Of a stretch of 64,000 nt of DNA, positions 10,389 to 20,822 are shown piece by piece. Both the position numbers and the translations under genes were made by a program. Numbering within the stretch: the stretch's first letter is position 1; each line of letters starts with the position of its first letter. The notes beneath the pieces are model-generated. The model was not told the origin of the DNA. It was given only the letters and a program-made list of their open reading frames with translations, and did not search any database. This DNA comes from an uncultured cyanobacterium (lineage in GTDB: Bacteria > Cyanobacteriota > Cyanobacteriia > CAKZMO01), in assembly GCA_963719515.1 (NCBI GenBank), contig CAVRCJ010000011.1, positions 288,001 through 352,000 of the forward strand, given 5' to 3'.

Positions 10389-11786
10389 ATGATACAGCCC
10401 CAAACCTGGAGCCAGCGATTTGAGTCGGCGCTCCACCCTGCAATAGCTCGCTTCAACGCCAGCATCGGCTTCGACATCGCCCTGCTGGAGTACGACATTA
10501 CCGGTTCCCAAGCCCATGCCAAAATGCTGGGCCACACCGGCATCATTTCAGCGGAAGAGGCGGAGCAGCTGGTCTCGGGGCTAGAGCAGGTTCGCCTTGA
10601 GCATCGGACTGGGCAATTCAATCCGGGCACCGACGCCGAGGACGTACATTTTGCGGTGGAGCGGCGACTGACCCAGCTGGTGGGGGACGTGGGCAAGAAG
10701 CTGCACACGGCGCGATCGCGCAACGACCAGGTGGGCACCGACACCAGACTCTACCTGCGGGACCAAATTACCGATATTCGTCAGCGGCTGATGGCCTTTC
10801 AGCAGGCCCTGCTGCAGCACGCCCATCAGCATGTGGAAACCCTCATTCCGGGCTATACCCATCTGCAGCGGGCTCAACCCTTGAGTCTGGCCCATCACCT
10901 GCTGGCCTATGTGGAGATGGCGCAGCGAGATATCGAGCGGCTGGGGGACGTCTCTCGGCGGGTCAATATCTCGCCTTTGGGGAGCGGAGCGCTGGCGGGC
11001 ACCACCTTTCCTATCGATCGACGCTACGCCGCCGAGCTGCTGGGCTTTGACGGCGTCTACGCCAACAGCCTAGATGGGGTGAGCGATCGCGACTTCGCCG
11101 TAGAGTTTTTAGCGGCGGCAAGTCTGGTGATGGTCCACCTGTCGCGGCTCTCAGAAGAGCTGATTCTTTGGGCGTCTGAGGAGTTTCGCTTCGTGACGCT
11201 GACGGACAGCTGCTCTACCGGGTCGAGCATTATGCCCCAAAAGAAGAACCCGGACGTTCCCGAGCTGGTGCGGGGTAAGACGGGGCGGGTCTTTGGGCAC
11301 CTGCAGGCGATGCTCACCCTGATGAAAGGGCTGCCCCTGGCCTATAACAAAGATCTGCAGGAAGACAAAGAAGCGCTGTTTGACGGCGTGCAGACCGTTC
11401 AGGGGTGCCTAGAGGCCATGACCGTGCTGCTGCGAGAGGGCATCGTGTTTCAGCCCCAGCGCCTCAACCAGGCGGTAACCGAAGACTTTTCCAACGCGAC
11501 GGATGTGGCCGACTATCTGGCGACGAAGGGGGTGCCCTTTCGGGAGGCCTACAACCTAGTGGGGCAGGTGGTGAAAACGAGTTTGGCAGCGGGCAAGCTG
11601 CTCAAGGACTTGACCCTAGAGGAGTGGCAGGGAATTCATCCGGCGTTTGAGGCAGATATTTATGAGGCGATCGCCCCCCGACAGGTGGTGGCGGCCCGCA
11701 ACAGCGAGGGCGGCACCGGCTTCGAGCGGGTGCGTCAGGCGCTGCAGAACGCCCAGTCGCGGCTTGAGCAGGCCCAACACGACTAA
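10389..11786 (+). CDS. argH: Argininosuccinate lyase
   Basis: [43 protein letters not shown]. Confidence 0.98.
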   Translation: MIQPQTWSQRFESALHPAIARFNASIGFDIALLEYDITGSQAHAKMLGHTGIISAEEAEQLVSGLEQVRLEHRTGQFNPGTDAEDVHFAVERRLTQLVGDVGKKLHTARSRNDQVGTDTRLYLRDQITDIRQRLMAFQQALLQHAHQHVETLIPGYTHLQRAQPLSLAHHLLAYVEMAQRDIERLGDVSRRVNISPLGSGALAGTTFPIDRRYAAELLGFDGVYANSLDGVSDRDFAVEFLAAASLVMVHLSRLSEELILWASEEFRFVTLTDSCSTGSSIMPQKKNPDVPELVRGKTGRVFGHLQAMLTLMKGLPLAYNKDLQEDKEALFDGVQTVQGCLEAMTVLLREGIVFQPQRLNQAVTEDFSNATDVADYLATKGVPFREAYNLVGQVVKTSLAAGKLLKDLTLEEWQGIHPAFEADIYEAIAPRQVVAARNSEGGTGFERVRQALQNAQSRLEQAQHD

Positions 11787-11963
11787 TTCTTGCGAAGGAT
11801 TAACCTAGGTTACTAGTTGTTACTTTGTGCGGCTTCCCGACCCTACTGGGCCGGGGAAGGTCTCTATGCTAATAACAAGAGCGCAAGGGATGGCCCTGAA
11901 GGGCTCCCCGCAATATGTTTCTCTAACCCCATTTCCCCAACACCACTGTTACCCGGCACAACA

Positions 11964-12488
11964 ATGACTCAGCACTGGACTCCCTCCACCAGCAATTCCT
12001 ACGTAGGCAGTAGCGCCCTCGAAATCACTGCGCCCGATGCTCCCAATTGGCAGCGCCTCATTTTGGTAACCGCTGTTCTATGGCTTGGCGCTAGCTTGGC
12101 CCTAGACTTCGTTGTCATGCCGACCCTCTACACCTCGGGCATGATGACCGACGCCAGCTTTACGCCCATGGGTAACACCCTGTTCTCTAGCTTTAACCAC
12201 GTCGAGGTCATCTTCGCAGCCCTGCTGCTGACGGGGACTCTCGCCCTGCACCGCCACGCCCCGCGGGCAGGCATCCAGGCGATCGCGGTAGCCGCTATGC
12301 TCTTCAGCCTCGGCCTCTTCTACACCTATGGCCTCACTCCAGACATGATTGCCCTAGGTGCTCATCTCAACCTGCTGAAAACCACAGGCATTCCCCACAG
12401 CATGGACGTAATGCACGGCGAGTACTTTGGCTTAGAGCTGGTGAAGCTGGGCCTGGTGATGGGCCTGGTGAAGCTGTCTCAGCGCTAG
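11964..12488 (+). CDS. Multi-TM membrane protein (DUF4149-like)
   Basis: Four hydrophobic helices, LDFVVMP and [11 protein letters not shown] at 11964 preferred over the TTG at 11817. Confidence 0.65.
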   Translation: MTQHWTPSTSNSYVGSSALEITAPDAPNWQRLILVTAVLWLGASLALDFVVMPTLYTSGMMTDASFTPMGNTLFSSFNHVEVIFAALLLTGTLALHRHAPRAGIQAIAVAAMLFSLGLFYTYGLTPDMIALGAHLNLLKTTGIPHSMDVMHGEYFGLELVKLGLVMGLVKLSQR

Positions 12489-13528
12489 AGCAGCACCTCG
12501 CCTTTACCCAGCACTACCTCCCCCAGCGCCCAGGCCTTGATGCCTTGACCCTGTAGCTGGGCGATCGCCTCATCGGCAGTTTCGGGAGGCACAAGCACCA
12601 CAAACCCAATTCCCATATTAAACGTGCGCAGCATCTCGCTCCGCTCCACTCCCCCCGTTGAGGCGATCCAGTCAAACAGCGGGGGGATTTTCCATGGTTG
12701 GAGCCGGACTGACTGCCCTGGACCCAGGCAGCGAGGCAGGTTTTCGGGTAGGCCGCCGCCGGTGATGTGGGCCATTCCCCGCAGGGCTATGCCAGCTTGC
12801 TGAAGCGCCAGCACCGGCTTGACGTAAATTTGGGTGGGGGCGAGCAGCACCTCCCCTACCGTCTGGCCTCCCTCGCTGGGAAAGCCGCTGGGGCGATCGC
12901 CCAATCCCACGCCCGCCGTCTCCAGTATCTTGCGCACCAGGCTAAACCCATTGCTGTGGACGCCGCTGCTGCCCAGAGCGATCGCCACATCCCCCAAGCG
13001 CACTTGAGAGGGGTCCAAAATCTGGGACTTCTCGACCACACCAACGCAGAACCCCGCCAGGTCATACTCCTGCGGCTGATAGAATCCCGGCATCTCGGCG
13101 GTTTCTCCCCCCAGCAGAGCGCAGCCCGCCTGCCGACAGCCTTCGGCAATGCCCTCCACGACCTGGGCGAGCTGGGCGGGCTGCAGCTGACTGGTGGCGA
13201 TGTAGTCCAGGAAAAACAGCGGCTGTGCGCCGCAGGTGAGCACGTCGTTGACGCACATCGCCACCAGGTCTACGCCGACGGTGTCGTGGCGGTCGACGGC
13301 GTGGGCCAGCTTTAGTTTGGTGCCGACACCATCGGTGCCGCCCACGAGCACGGGCTGCCTGTAGCCCTGGGGAAGCTCAAACAGGCCGCTGAAGCCCCCC
13401 AGCTGGCCCAATACCTCAGGGCGGTGGGTGCTAGCAACGGTATCTTTAATGCGCTGCACAAAGCTGCGCCCGGCCTCAATATCGACTCCGGCCTGTTTAT
13501 AGTCCATGGCAAATTGCGTCTGCGGCAT
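12485..13528 (-). CDS. purM: Phosphoribosylformylglycinamidine cyclo-ligase (AIR synthase)
   Basis: [50 protein letters not shown]. Confidence 0.98.
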   Translation of the reverse strand: MPQTQFAMDYKQAGVDIEAGRSFVQRIKDTVASTHRPEVLGQLGGFSGLFELPQGYRQPVLVGGTDGVGTKLKLAHAVDRHDTVGVDLVAMCVNDVLTCGAQPLFFLDYIATSQLQPAQLAQVVEGIAEGCRQAGCALLGGETAEMPGFYQPQEYDLAGFCVGVVEKSQILDPSQVRLGDVAIALGSSGVHSNGFSLVRKILETAGVGLGDRPSGFPSEGGQTVGEVLLAPTQIYVKPVLALQQAGIALRGMAHITGGGLPENLPRCLGPGQSVRLQPWKIPPLFDWIASTGGVERSEMLRTFNMGIGFVVLVPPETADEAIAQLQGQGIKAWALGEVVLGKGEVLL

Positions 13529-13678
13529 ACATTCCGCAATTGTATAGCAACTGTTCTGGTGGGTTAGACCACTTGCTCGTCATATTTCTCGCTCTGTCGC
13601 TAATGTGTGGGGCAATGAAGAAAACCGACCGCCGCACCCTACAATGGTGAGGTTTGTCAACACCCCCATGGGCGCCCC

Positions 13679-14407
13679 ATGAAGCTATCCGTTTTCCACA
13701 CCCCTGAGCTAACCCCCGCCAAGACGATGCCAGACTGCGCGATCGCCATCGACGTTTTGCGGGCCACCACCACCATCGCTACGGCCTTGGCCCATGGCGC
13801 TGAGGCGGTGCAGGCCTTTAGCTCTATCGATGCGCTGCTAAAGGACAGCGAGACCTGGCCCGCCGATAAACGCATCCGCGTTGGGGAACGGGGTGGGGCG
13901 ATGGTGGAAGGCTGCGACATGGGCAATTCTCCCCTGGACTACCGGCCCGAGCGCGTGGACGGCAAGCGAATTTTTTTGAGTACCACCAACGGCACCCGCT
14001 GCCTGGAGCGTATTGCGCCCGCGCCCACAGTGCTGGCAGCGGCGCTGGTCAATCGCCACAGCGTGGTGGCCTATCTGCTTGAGCACCGCCCTGAGACCGT
14101 GTGGCTGGTGGGGTCAGGCTGGGAGGGCAGCTACTCCCTAGAAGATACGGTTTGCGGGGGGGCGATCGCCGCAGCGCTGGCTGAGACCGTGCCGCTGACG
14201 GAGCTAGCCGCCAACGACGAGACGGTGGCGGCGATCGCTCTGTATCAGCAATGGGAAGCGGACTTAGGAAAGCTAATGCATCACGCCAGCCACGGGCAGC
14301 GGCTGCTGCGCCTGGAGAATCAGGCAGATTTGACCTACTGCGCCCAGCTCGACACCCTAGACGTGCTGCCGATGCAGCGTGAGCCCAAGCTATTGAAAGC
14401 GGGCTGA
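13679..14407 (+). CDS. comB: 2-phosphosulfolactate phosphatase family protein
   Basis: [30 protein letters not shown]. Confidence 0.92.
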   Translation: MKLSVFHTPELTPAKTMPDCAIAIDVLRATTTIATALAHGAEAVQAFSSIDALLKDSETWPADKRIRVGERGGAMVEGCDMGNSPLDYRPERVDGKRIFLSTTNGTRCLERIAPAPTVLAAALVNRHSVVAYLLEHRPETVWLVGSGWEGSYSLEDTVCGGAIAAALAETVPLTELAANDETVAAIALYQQWEADLGKLMHHASHGQRLLRLENQADLTYCAQLDTLDVLPMQREPKLLKAG

Positions 14408-14617
14408 GCGACCAGACTATCGAGTGGGCCGGTTGGCCGCAGGGCAAGCCAACAGCCATAGCCTTGGAGTTGGGCTACGCCGTCGCTAAATCCAACCGAT
14501 TGAACTATAGCTTTGGCCCCATTTCTTAGGACAATGTCGTGGGCTCGACCCTTGACATAGCATAGGCAATGCGGCGCGCAAATGACCTGATGCTTAGGGC
14601 ATTTACTATATTGCCAG

Positions 14618-15133
14618 CTACAATCGACAGCGCTGGCCATCTGAGGCGGTCTGACCATCGCCACAGCCGTCCCCCATCTGGCGCTGGGCCATAATCGCGT
14701 CTAAGTCGGGGCGGCCCGTGAGCGCTAGCCGCTTATCTGCCCAAAGCTCGTAAACCTTGTCAACTATCGGGCGAATTACGGGCCACCGGGTCGCAGCGTA
14801 GATCCAGCCCATGCCCAGCACGGCATAGACGCGGCGAAACACCTCTACGTTTCTGACCACGCTGCCGTCGGGCAAAACGGCGTGAATACGCCCCATGGCG
14901 GTTTCAAAATCGACGCCGCCGTTCTCTTCCGGGCTGTAGTCTTCCGCCGCGATATCGACGAAGGCCACTCGCCCTCGCCCGCCGTCGCGCTTTTCGAGAA
15001 AATTGACCTCTCTCAGGCACAGGGGGCATTCCCCGTCGTAGAGAAGCTTGATTTGCCAGGGGCGATCGCCCTTAGGCACGCTGGCGGTAGACGAGTCGGG
15101 CTGTACTGTGTTTGGTGCCATCGCTTTGCTCAA
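14618..15133 (-). CDS. DCC1-like thiol-disulfide oxidoreductase (DUF393)
   Basis: LLYDGECPLC (DxxCxxC) motif. The start may be the ATG near 15121. Confidence 0.88.
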   Translation of the reverse strand: MSKAMAPNTVQPDSSTASVPKGDRPWQIKLLYDGECPLCLREVNFLEKRDGGRGRVAFVDIAAEDYSPEENGGVDFETAMGRIHAVLPDGSVVRNVEVFRRVYAVLGMGWIYAATRWPVIRPIVDKVYELWADKRLALTGRPDLDAIMAQRQMGDGCGDGQTASDGQRCRL

Positions 15134-15207
15134 TAACCTACTGCTGGCTTCTACAAAATGAAGGCCAGCTTCTAATAGTTTAAGAATTGTGAAGGCATTA
15201 AGCTAGG

Positions 15208-15909
15208 TTAAACCAGCATTCGCTCTAGCGCGTTGATGTCGAGTAGGCACAGCACGTCGCGCTCGCGGAGGATGAGGGACTTCTTTTCTAGCTTGTTGAG
15301 AACCCGCGTCACCGTCTCGCGGGCCAAACCGCTGAGGCTGCTGATCTCCCGGTGAGGCAAATTCGGAATCTCGATGCCCTGCAGCCCCTGCTTGCCCTGC
15401 CCATCCGCCAAAAACAGCAGAATGTCCACCACGCGAGAGGTGCTGTCCGACTCCCGCAGCCGCAGCCGCCGGTTGACCTGCCGCAGCCGGCGGGCCATGA
15501 GCTGGGCAAGCCGGATACCGGACTGGGGCTCAGACTGAATCAGCTGCACGAAGTCCTGTGAGGGCAGATTGCTGATAATTGTTGGGGCCAGGGTAATCAC
15601 GTCGGTTGAGCGCGGCACCTCATCGAGGGGGGCCATCTCTCCAAATAGCTCACCTTTTCCCAAAATATTGAGCGTCACCTCTTTTCCATCGATATTATAT
15701 GTGCGAATTTTTACCCACCCCTCCAGGATGAAGTAAACCGAATTTCCCCAGTCATTCTCCAGAAGAATGACCTGACCCGCCGGGTGCTTGCGCGTTACAG
15801 CATGAGCTGTCGCCCGCTCAACCACATCTGCGGGAAGACCTGAGAAGAAGGGCGCAGAGCGGATCAGCGAGCTGTCGTGAATATCGCGGGGATTGAGTTT
15901 GTCATCCAT
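15208..15909 (-). CDS. Crp/Fnr family transcriptional regulator
   Basis: cNMP domain (GELFGEMA, PRS) and C-terminal HTH GLARETVTRVL. Confidence 0.93.
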   Translation of the reverse strand: MDDKLNPRDIHDSSLIRSAPFFSGLPADVVERATAHAVTRKHPAGQVILLENDWGNSVYFILEGWVKIRTYNIDGKEVTLNILGKGELFGEMAPLDEVPRSTDVITLAPTIISNLPSQDFVQLIQSEPQSGIRLAQLMARRLRQVNRRLRLRESDSTSRVVDILLFLADGQGKQGLQGIEIPNLPHREISSLSGLARETVTRVLNKLEKKSLILRERDVLCLLDINALERMLV

Positions 15910-16137
15910 CAGAAACTTATCCCTATCCTCCGGGAATTGTCCAAGGCATCATACAGAGGTCCTCAACCGCAGATCTAAAATAGAAGATCTAAAGCTGACT
16001 CGGTACAAACCTGCTAGGCCTTGATTTTAGCGCCCCTCAGAGACGTTAGTAAAACAAGCCCCTAGAGACGAAGAGGATGGGTCTATGGGATAGCGGTGCG
16101 GATGCCTTTAAGCATCATGGCTTTAGCGGCCCGCAGC

Positions 16138-17337
16138 CTAAGGGACTTCTGACACCGGCGTCCCCTGCAGTTTCTCTAAGATTAACTCTGGTCCAGCGAT
16201 GCTATCGACTTCTAAATGACGCGATCGCTGCTTAGACAGTTCAAAGTAGCGCAGTTTAGAGGCGACCTCCTTTAGAAAAGGGGCTGAGTTTGCCTCTGTC
16301 AGAGAGGCCTTGTCGATCGACGCGGGTTCAGGCCAGTCTATGTCAGCGGCGATGGGTTGCCAGGTTACCCAGCATAGGCCGCCCAAAGCTCCCAGCATCA
16401 GCGTGGCGTAGCCCGTATAAAGGTGTGCCGGGCGCAAGTAGGAGGAAGACGGCGCTAGGGGCGGTGACATGGAGCGATTGCGCCCGGTAGCAGAGGACGC
16501 CAAAGGGGTATCGCGCATTAGCGGAGGGATTTCTAGCCCCAGAGCGCTGCAGAGGTGGCGCACAAAGCCTCGAACGTAGATCGCCTCCGGCAATTGATCG
16601 GTTGCGCCGTTCTCAATGGCGCGAATATGGTAGTTAGGAACGTGAGTGGCACGATGGAGCTGATCGGTGGTGAGTCCACGCTGCTGGCGCACCTGCTTGA
16701 GAACGGCCCCAACCTCCGCCAGGGTGGATGCCGACTCTAGCTCCAGTTGGTGACGCTCGCAATCGGCGGCAGGGGGTACCTCAGAGAAAGAATCCAGGCT
16801 GGTTTGCACCGGGGTATCGTCTCTAGCAGCAATTTCGGTTGCGCCTTCAACGGCATCAGCTGCAGTCTCACCGGAAAATTCAAACGGGTTGGGAGCAGCG
16901 GGGCGATCGCTGACGGCGCTAAGGACCGGGCTGATGGCTGTGGTCGCAGGTTGTGGCTTTTGTGGAGAGGACTCAGCAGCGGGCCCCGAACGAGACGCTG
17001 AGTCTTCCGAGTTGACCTGGCTCACAACAAGCTGGCGTAGCGTCAGCCGAATTGCCTCTCTCCCCAGAGCGCTTGCCAGCTGCGAAACCAGCTCCTCATT
17101 GTCCTTCAGCTGGTGCTGAAACCAGCTCAGTATTTTTCTGTAGACTTTACTGTCTTGAAACTCAGCTTCGACTTGGCCAAAGAGCTGCCGGAGATCACCG
17201 GGTGACACGGCAATGCATGCCGTTTTACCGTCATGCAGATAAGATGGGGATGCCTGTAGTGCTGTCATCGCAGTGGTTCTCCTCTGTTGCACATCAACTC
17301 GTCGGCTGCTGGATGCCACCACTTGTGAGGATGCCAA
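16138..17337 (-). CDS. RodZ-like HTH domain membrane protein
   Basis: GAVLKQVRQQRGLT...IRAIENG...LPEAIYVRGFV followed by one TM helix, after a long N-terminal extension. Start uncertain. Confidence 0.8.
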   Translation of the reverse strand: MASSQVVASSSRRVDVQQRRTTAMTALQASPSYLHDGKTACIAVSPGDLRQLFGQVEAEFQDSKVYRKILSWFQHQLKDNEELVSQLASALGREAIRLTLRQLVVSQVNSEDSASRSGPAAESSPQKPQPATTAISPVLSAVSDRPAAPNPFEFSGETAADAVEGATEIAARDDTPVQTSLDSFSEVPPAADCERHQLELESASTLAEVGAVLKQVRQQRGLTTDQLHRATHVPNYHIRAIENGATDQLPEAIYVRGFVRHLCSALGLEIPPLMRDTPLASSATGRNRSMSPPLAPSSSYLRPAHLYTGYATLMLGALGGLCWVTWQPIAADIDWPEPASIDKASLTEANSAPFLKEVASKLRYFELSKQRSRHLEVDSIAGPELILEKLQGTPVSEVP

Positions 17338-17631
17338 ACGCTACGGGCTACCTACAGACTGGTACCAATAAGCACCAAACGATAGCTTTCAAAAGATCGT
17401 TACAGACGATTCGGTAGCCCCACAGAATTAGCGCTGTCCAACGACACCAGACGACGTAATTGTTATCGTCTTCAGGTGAGTGGAACAGCGCTCCGGACAA
17501 GAACACAGTTTTTTACGTCTGTCGCCTTCGGCCACCCTTAGGTGGCCTTATGGTGATGTATTGAGCATGTGGCCAAAATCCAATGCAGGCAGAGACGCCC
17601 CTAATGGCATCGTTTACCCACAACCTTTAAC

Positions 17632-17814
17632 CTACGTATTATGAGACTCACTTTCAGAAGGATAGGCTACGTTCCAACAGCGGTCGAGGTGCTCTAGCTG
17701 GTAGAGCTTCCAGTAGATAGAAGGCCGCAAAATCAGAGGACAGGTTTTGTCCAAAATCGGTTGATTTAGAAACTTCCATAGCGGAAACCGAAGACTTTCA
17801 GAGCTATTATTCAT
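17632..17814 (-). CDS. Small hypothetical protein
   Basis: 60-aa ORF with an ATG start, co-oriented with its neighbours. RFPLWKFLNQP motif. Confidence 0.55.
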   Translation of the reverse strand: MNNSSESLRFPLWKFLNQPILDKTCPLILRPSIYWKLYQLEHLDRCWNVAYPSESESHNT

Positions 17815-18197
17815 AAGACGTCAGCACATAGATATTAAATCTGTATACAAGAGCACATCGACTTTCTCCAGACTGGGGAAGAGTTTTTCCCAAACGGAAA
17901 ACCCCGTGCCCCGTAATGAGTTCGGTTTAGATGCTGCTATATGAGACTACACAAACTAACCTTTCCTAACAGTCTAGTTTTTCGAATAGAATGTTCCGGA
18001 TATTGCTGCATCTACCCTGAATCCACCGGACCGAGCTGCTAGGTCTAGAATGTTCGTGGTGAGCCCTACAGGCTTGTCTCAACTCTCTTAGCTTGCCCGA
18101 GCTTGCCTAAAATTTAATATTGAAATCAATAAAACTCGCGGCGATACTGTGACGTCGCTATGAATTTGTGACAACCTCTTTGCCTGAGCCGACACCA

Positions 18198-18440
18198 TCA
18201 GCCTTCTTCGGCAAGAATCTTGTCCTTAGAATCTCCCCAATAGGCGCTGCAGGTCCAGCACTCTTTTGCCCCTTGGGATTTGACCGACCAGCGATAGATC
18301 ACTGATTTTGGCTCAACCCCAACCTCTAAGAGCTTTGAGTCCATGTAGTACCGCATCTTTTGCTTCTCCATCTCCTTTTGACCAGGGGGGAGTCGCTTGT
18401 CTAGGGTTCGAGGTAGATGAGCTTGAGTAGGTTTTGCCAT
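18198..18440 (-). CDS. Small hypothetical protein
   Basis: 80-aa ORF with a GGAGG Shine-Dalgarno upstream, downstream of glycerate kinase. Confidence 0.7.
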   Translation of the reverse strand: MAKPTQAHLPRTLDKRLPPGQKEMEKQKMRYYMDSKLLEVGVEPKSVIYRWSVKSQGAKECWTCSAYWGDSKDKILAEEG

Positions 18441-18503
18441 GGGGCACCTCCAGATAGTCGCTAAAGATTACGGTACAAGGCCGCGATACTCCGTGAAAAG
18501 CAG

Positions 18504-19562
18504 CTAGGGGCTGTAGATTCGCAGGGGATTGTGCTGCGCATCAATTTCGACCACCCAGTCAACGTGCTGCTGGTCCCTCAGCAGCGGCGTAACGAACAGC
18601 TCAGGGTGTAGCGCCCGCCAAAAATAGAGGACGAAGCGATCGAGTTCCGTATCGTCCATTCCCGAGCGCCCCGCCGCCGCCATCGACTGCTCAGCCTCAC
18701 GCCGCCACTGCATGCTCAGCTTATAGTTGGCGGGGTATAAGACAAGGAGACGATCGAGCTGGTCCCAAAGCGGAAGATAGGCTCGCAGCCACTCGTTGCT
18801 GTCGCGGGCAAAGGCGCGATCGCGCTCCGTTTCGATGGGCCAGGGCGCTGCGTCAAACCGCTCGGGCGGGACGGGACGCGCCCCCACGAACCAGCCTTCG
18901 AGCAGCAGAATACTGACCCCTTCAAAGGTCTCAAACCCCGCGCGATCGCCTTGCCCGCCGCGAGCAGATTTGTCAAACCGAGGCACGGTAACGGCGCACT
19001 CTGCTCTGAGGTCCTCTAGCACAGACAGGACTAGGTCTACATCGTGAGTTCCGGGGGGACCCCGCCAAATCAGCCTCGGGTCCGCCTGCTGGAGCTGGAG
19101 CCTTTCTGGGTAAGTCTTGTAAAAATCGTCAATGGAAACGCGGCACACCTTGTGTCCCAACTGGACCAAAATTCGCGATAGGATAGTAGTAAGGGTTGTT
19201 TTACCGCTGCCCTGAACGCCCAAGATGCCCTGAACGAGGGGACGTCCGGCCTGCTGCTGCTGGTCAGCAATCCACTGGGCTAGAGGCAGCCAGAACGTCC
19301 ACAGGACGCTCAGCGGGCCGTGGGACCAGCCCAGCGTTTGCTGGCAAAACTGGTCAAAGTCTGGGTATATTTTCCTCAGCAGACGCGATCGCACCGCAAT
19401 CGCATCTATCGATTGCGGTGCAGGCAAAAAGGCTTGGCAAGTGTCTGGATGGGCAAGTGAGTAGTTCACCAGGCTCTGCCGGTGGCTAGTCTCGGCATCA
19501 GGGGTCTCGCTACCAAGGCAATCCCGCAAGAGTTGGTCTAGCTCTGACAGATATGGTGCCAT
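18504..19562 (-). CDS. D-glycerate 3-kinase (plant GLYK/yeast Tda10-like P-loop kinase)
   Basis: GVQGSGKTT, SIDDFY, RGPPGTHD, PRFDKS...GDR, EGWFVG, WRREAE. Confidence 0.85.
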   Translation of the reverse strand: MAPYLSELDQLLRDCLGSETPDAETSHRQSLVNYSLAHPDTCQAFLPAPQSIDAIAVRSRLLRKIYPDFDQFCQQTLGWSHGPLSVLWTFWLPLAQWIADQQQQAGRPLVQGILGVQGSGKTTLTTILSRILVQLGHKVCRVSIDDFYKTYPERLQLQQADPRLIWRGPPGTHDVDLVLSVLEDLRAECAVTVPRFDKSARGGQGDRAGFETFEGVSILLLEGWFVGARPVPPERFDAAPWPIETERDRAFARDSNEWLRAYLPLWDQLDRLLVLYPANYKLSMQWRREAEQSMAAAGRSGMDDTELDRFVLYFWRALHPELFVTPLLRDQQHVDWVVEIDAQHNPLRIYSP

Positions 19563-19567
19563 GGCGC

Positions 19568-19912
19568 TTAGCTTCCTAACTTGAAGGCTTCAACAAAAAG
19601 GCCGTAAATTAGCCCCAGCTTGACCGCGTTGACGACATCGAGGATCAAAGGGCGAGGCCGCTGCCCTAGGCGCGCAAATTGCCCGCTGTAGATAAGCCAG
19701 CTGCTGAACTCAATTAGCGCGAGTAGGGCGACCGCAACGAGCACGTCCCAGTCGGCGTTTTGACCCGTGACAGTGGCCGCTACGGTGGCCACAAAGTTGC
19801 CGAACAGCAGCCCAATGACAATCAGCGAAACCCGCCGCCAGGGGTTACGCAGCCACTGGTTAAGCTGGCCCAATAGGGCAATCGTCAAGCGGTTAAGTCG
19901 GGTATCTTGCAT
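19568..19912 (-). CDS. ycf20: DUF565/Ycf20 family membrane protein
   Basis: MQDTRL...NPWRR...KLGLIYGLFVEAFKLGS. Confidence 0.88.
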   Translation of the reverse strand: MQDTRLNRLTIALLGQLNQWLRNPWRRVSLIVIGLLFGNFVATVAATVTGQNADWDVLVAVALLALIEFSSWLIYSGQFARLGQRPRPLILDVVNAVKLGLIYGLFVEAFKLGS

Positions 19913-19923
19913 AACGCAGGCGC

Positions 19924-20748
19924 TTGGACAACGCAATAGCTGACACAGCGCAGACCAAGGCAGGCCAGACGCGCTGTGCTCCTCATTTTAGATTGAAATC
20001 AGTGCATCGGGAGAGTACATTGACTGAGGAAAAACTGGTTCATCACTCCATATCCCCCAAGGCGCGATCGCTTCTTTTGGGCATGCTCTATGGGGCTACG
20101 GCCGTCACCCTGCTCGGCCTAGCGGTGGTGCGCCCCATCCGCATCTCTGTTGAGCAGTCGCCAACCCTAAGCGATCCGATCCCCGAGCAGCCGGTACCTG
20201 AACAGCGAGAGCGTCCAAGCGACAGCGAAGGCGACAGCGACAGACGCGAGCTGCAGTTGCCTCAAAGCGCCATCGAACAACCGGCAGGCACCGCGCCGCT
20301 GCCCTCACGAGACGAGACTGCGTCCAACGCGATCCCCTTAGAGACAGCGCCTGTAGAGGGCTCCGGCGCGCAAGCTTCAAGGCCAGGTGATGCCTCAATA
20401 GGAGCGCTCAGGGTCAGCAATCAAACCACCCATGCCGTGCGCGTGGCGCTGTTGCCTCAGGGAGAGATCAGCCAGAGCGAAGGTGAGCAAACTGACCTAT
20501 TCAACGAGCCTGTGCATTGGGACTTTGCGCCAGGAGAGGGCAATATTCAAGGGCTGCTACTATCCTTGCCAAACGGGCAGCAGACAATCCAGTCGGGCGA
20601 CGTTTTGGTGGCCTTTGCTCAAGACGGCTCCCAGCGCTACTGGGGACCGTACATCGTTGGCGTCACGCCGCTTCCGGTGTGGCAAAGCAGCCTCGGCGAA
20701 TGGCAGCTCACGCTTCAGGCTCCGGTTAGCTCTCCACCGGCCCAGTAG
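19924..20748 (+). CDS. Hypothetical membrane-anchored protein
   Basis: TM helix, low-complexity linker and a beta-rich C-domain (LRVSNQT, HWDFAPGEG, YWGPY). The true start is probably further downstream. Confidence 0.7.
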   Translation: MDNAIADTAQTKAGQTRCAPHFRLKSVHRESTLTEEKLVHHSISPKARSLLLGMLYGATAVTLLGLAVVRPIRISVEQSPTLSDPIPEQPVPEQRERPSDSEGDSDRRELQLPQSAIEQPAGTAPLPSRDETASNAIPLETAPVEGSGAQASRPGDASIGALRVSNQTTHAVRVALLPQGEISQSEGEQTDLFNEPVHWDFAPGEGNIQGLLLSLPNGQQTIQSGDVLVAFAQDGSQRYWGPYIVGVTPLPVWQSSLGEWQLTLQAPVSSPPAQ

Positions 20749-20822
20749 TCCGCCGTGTTTCGATTCAGGCTGTTTCTCGCTACAGTAGACGAGTTCTTTC
20801 GTAGCGCAGCAGATTAGTCGCC

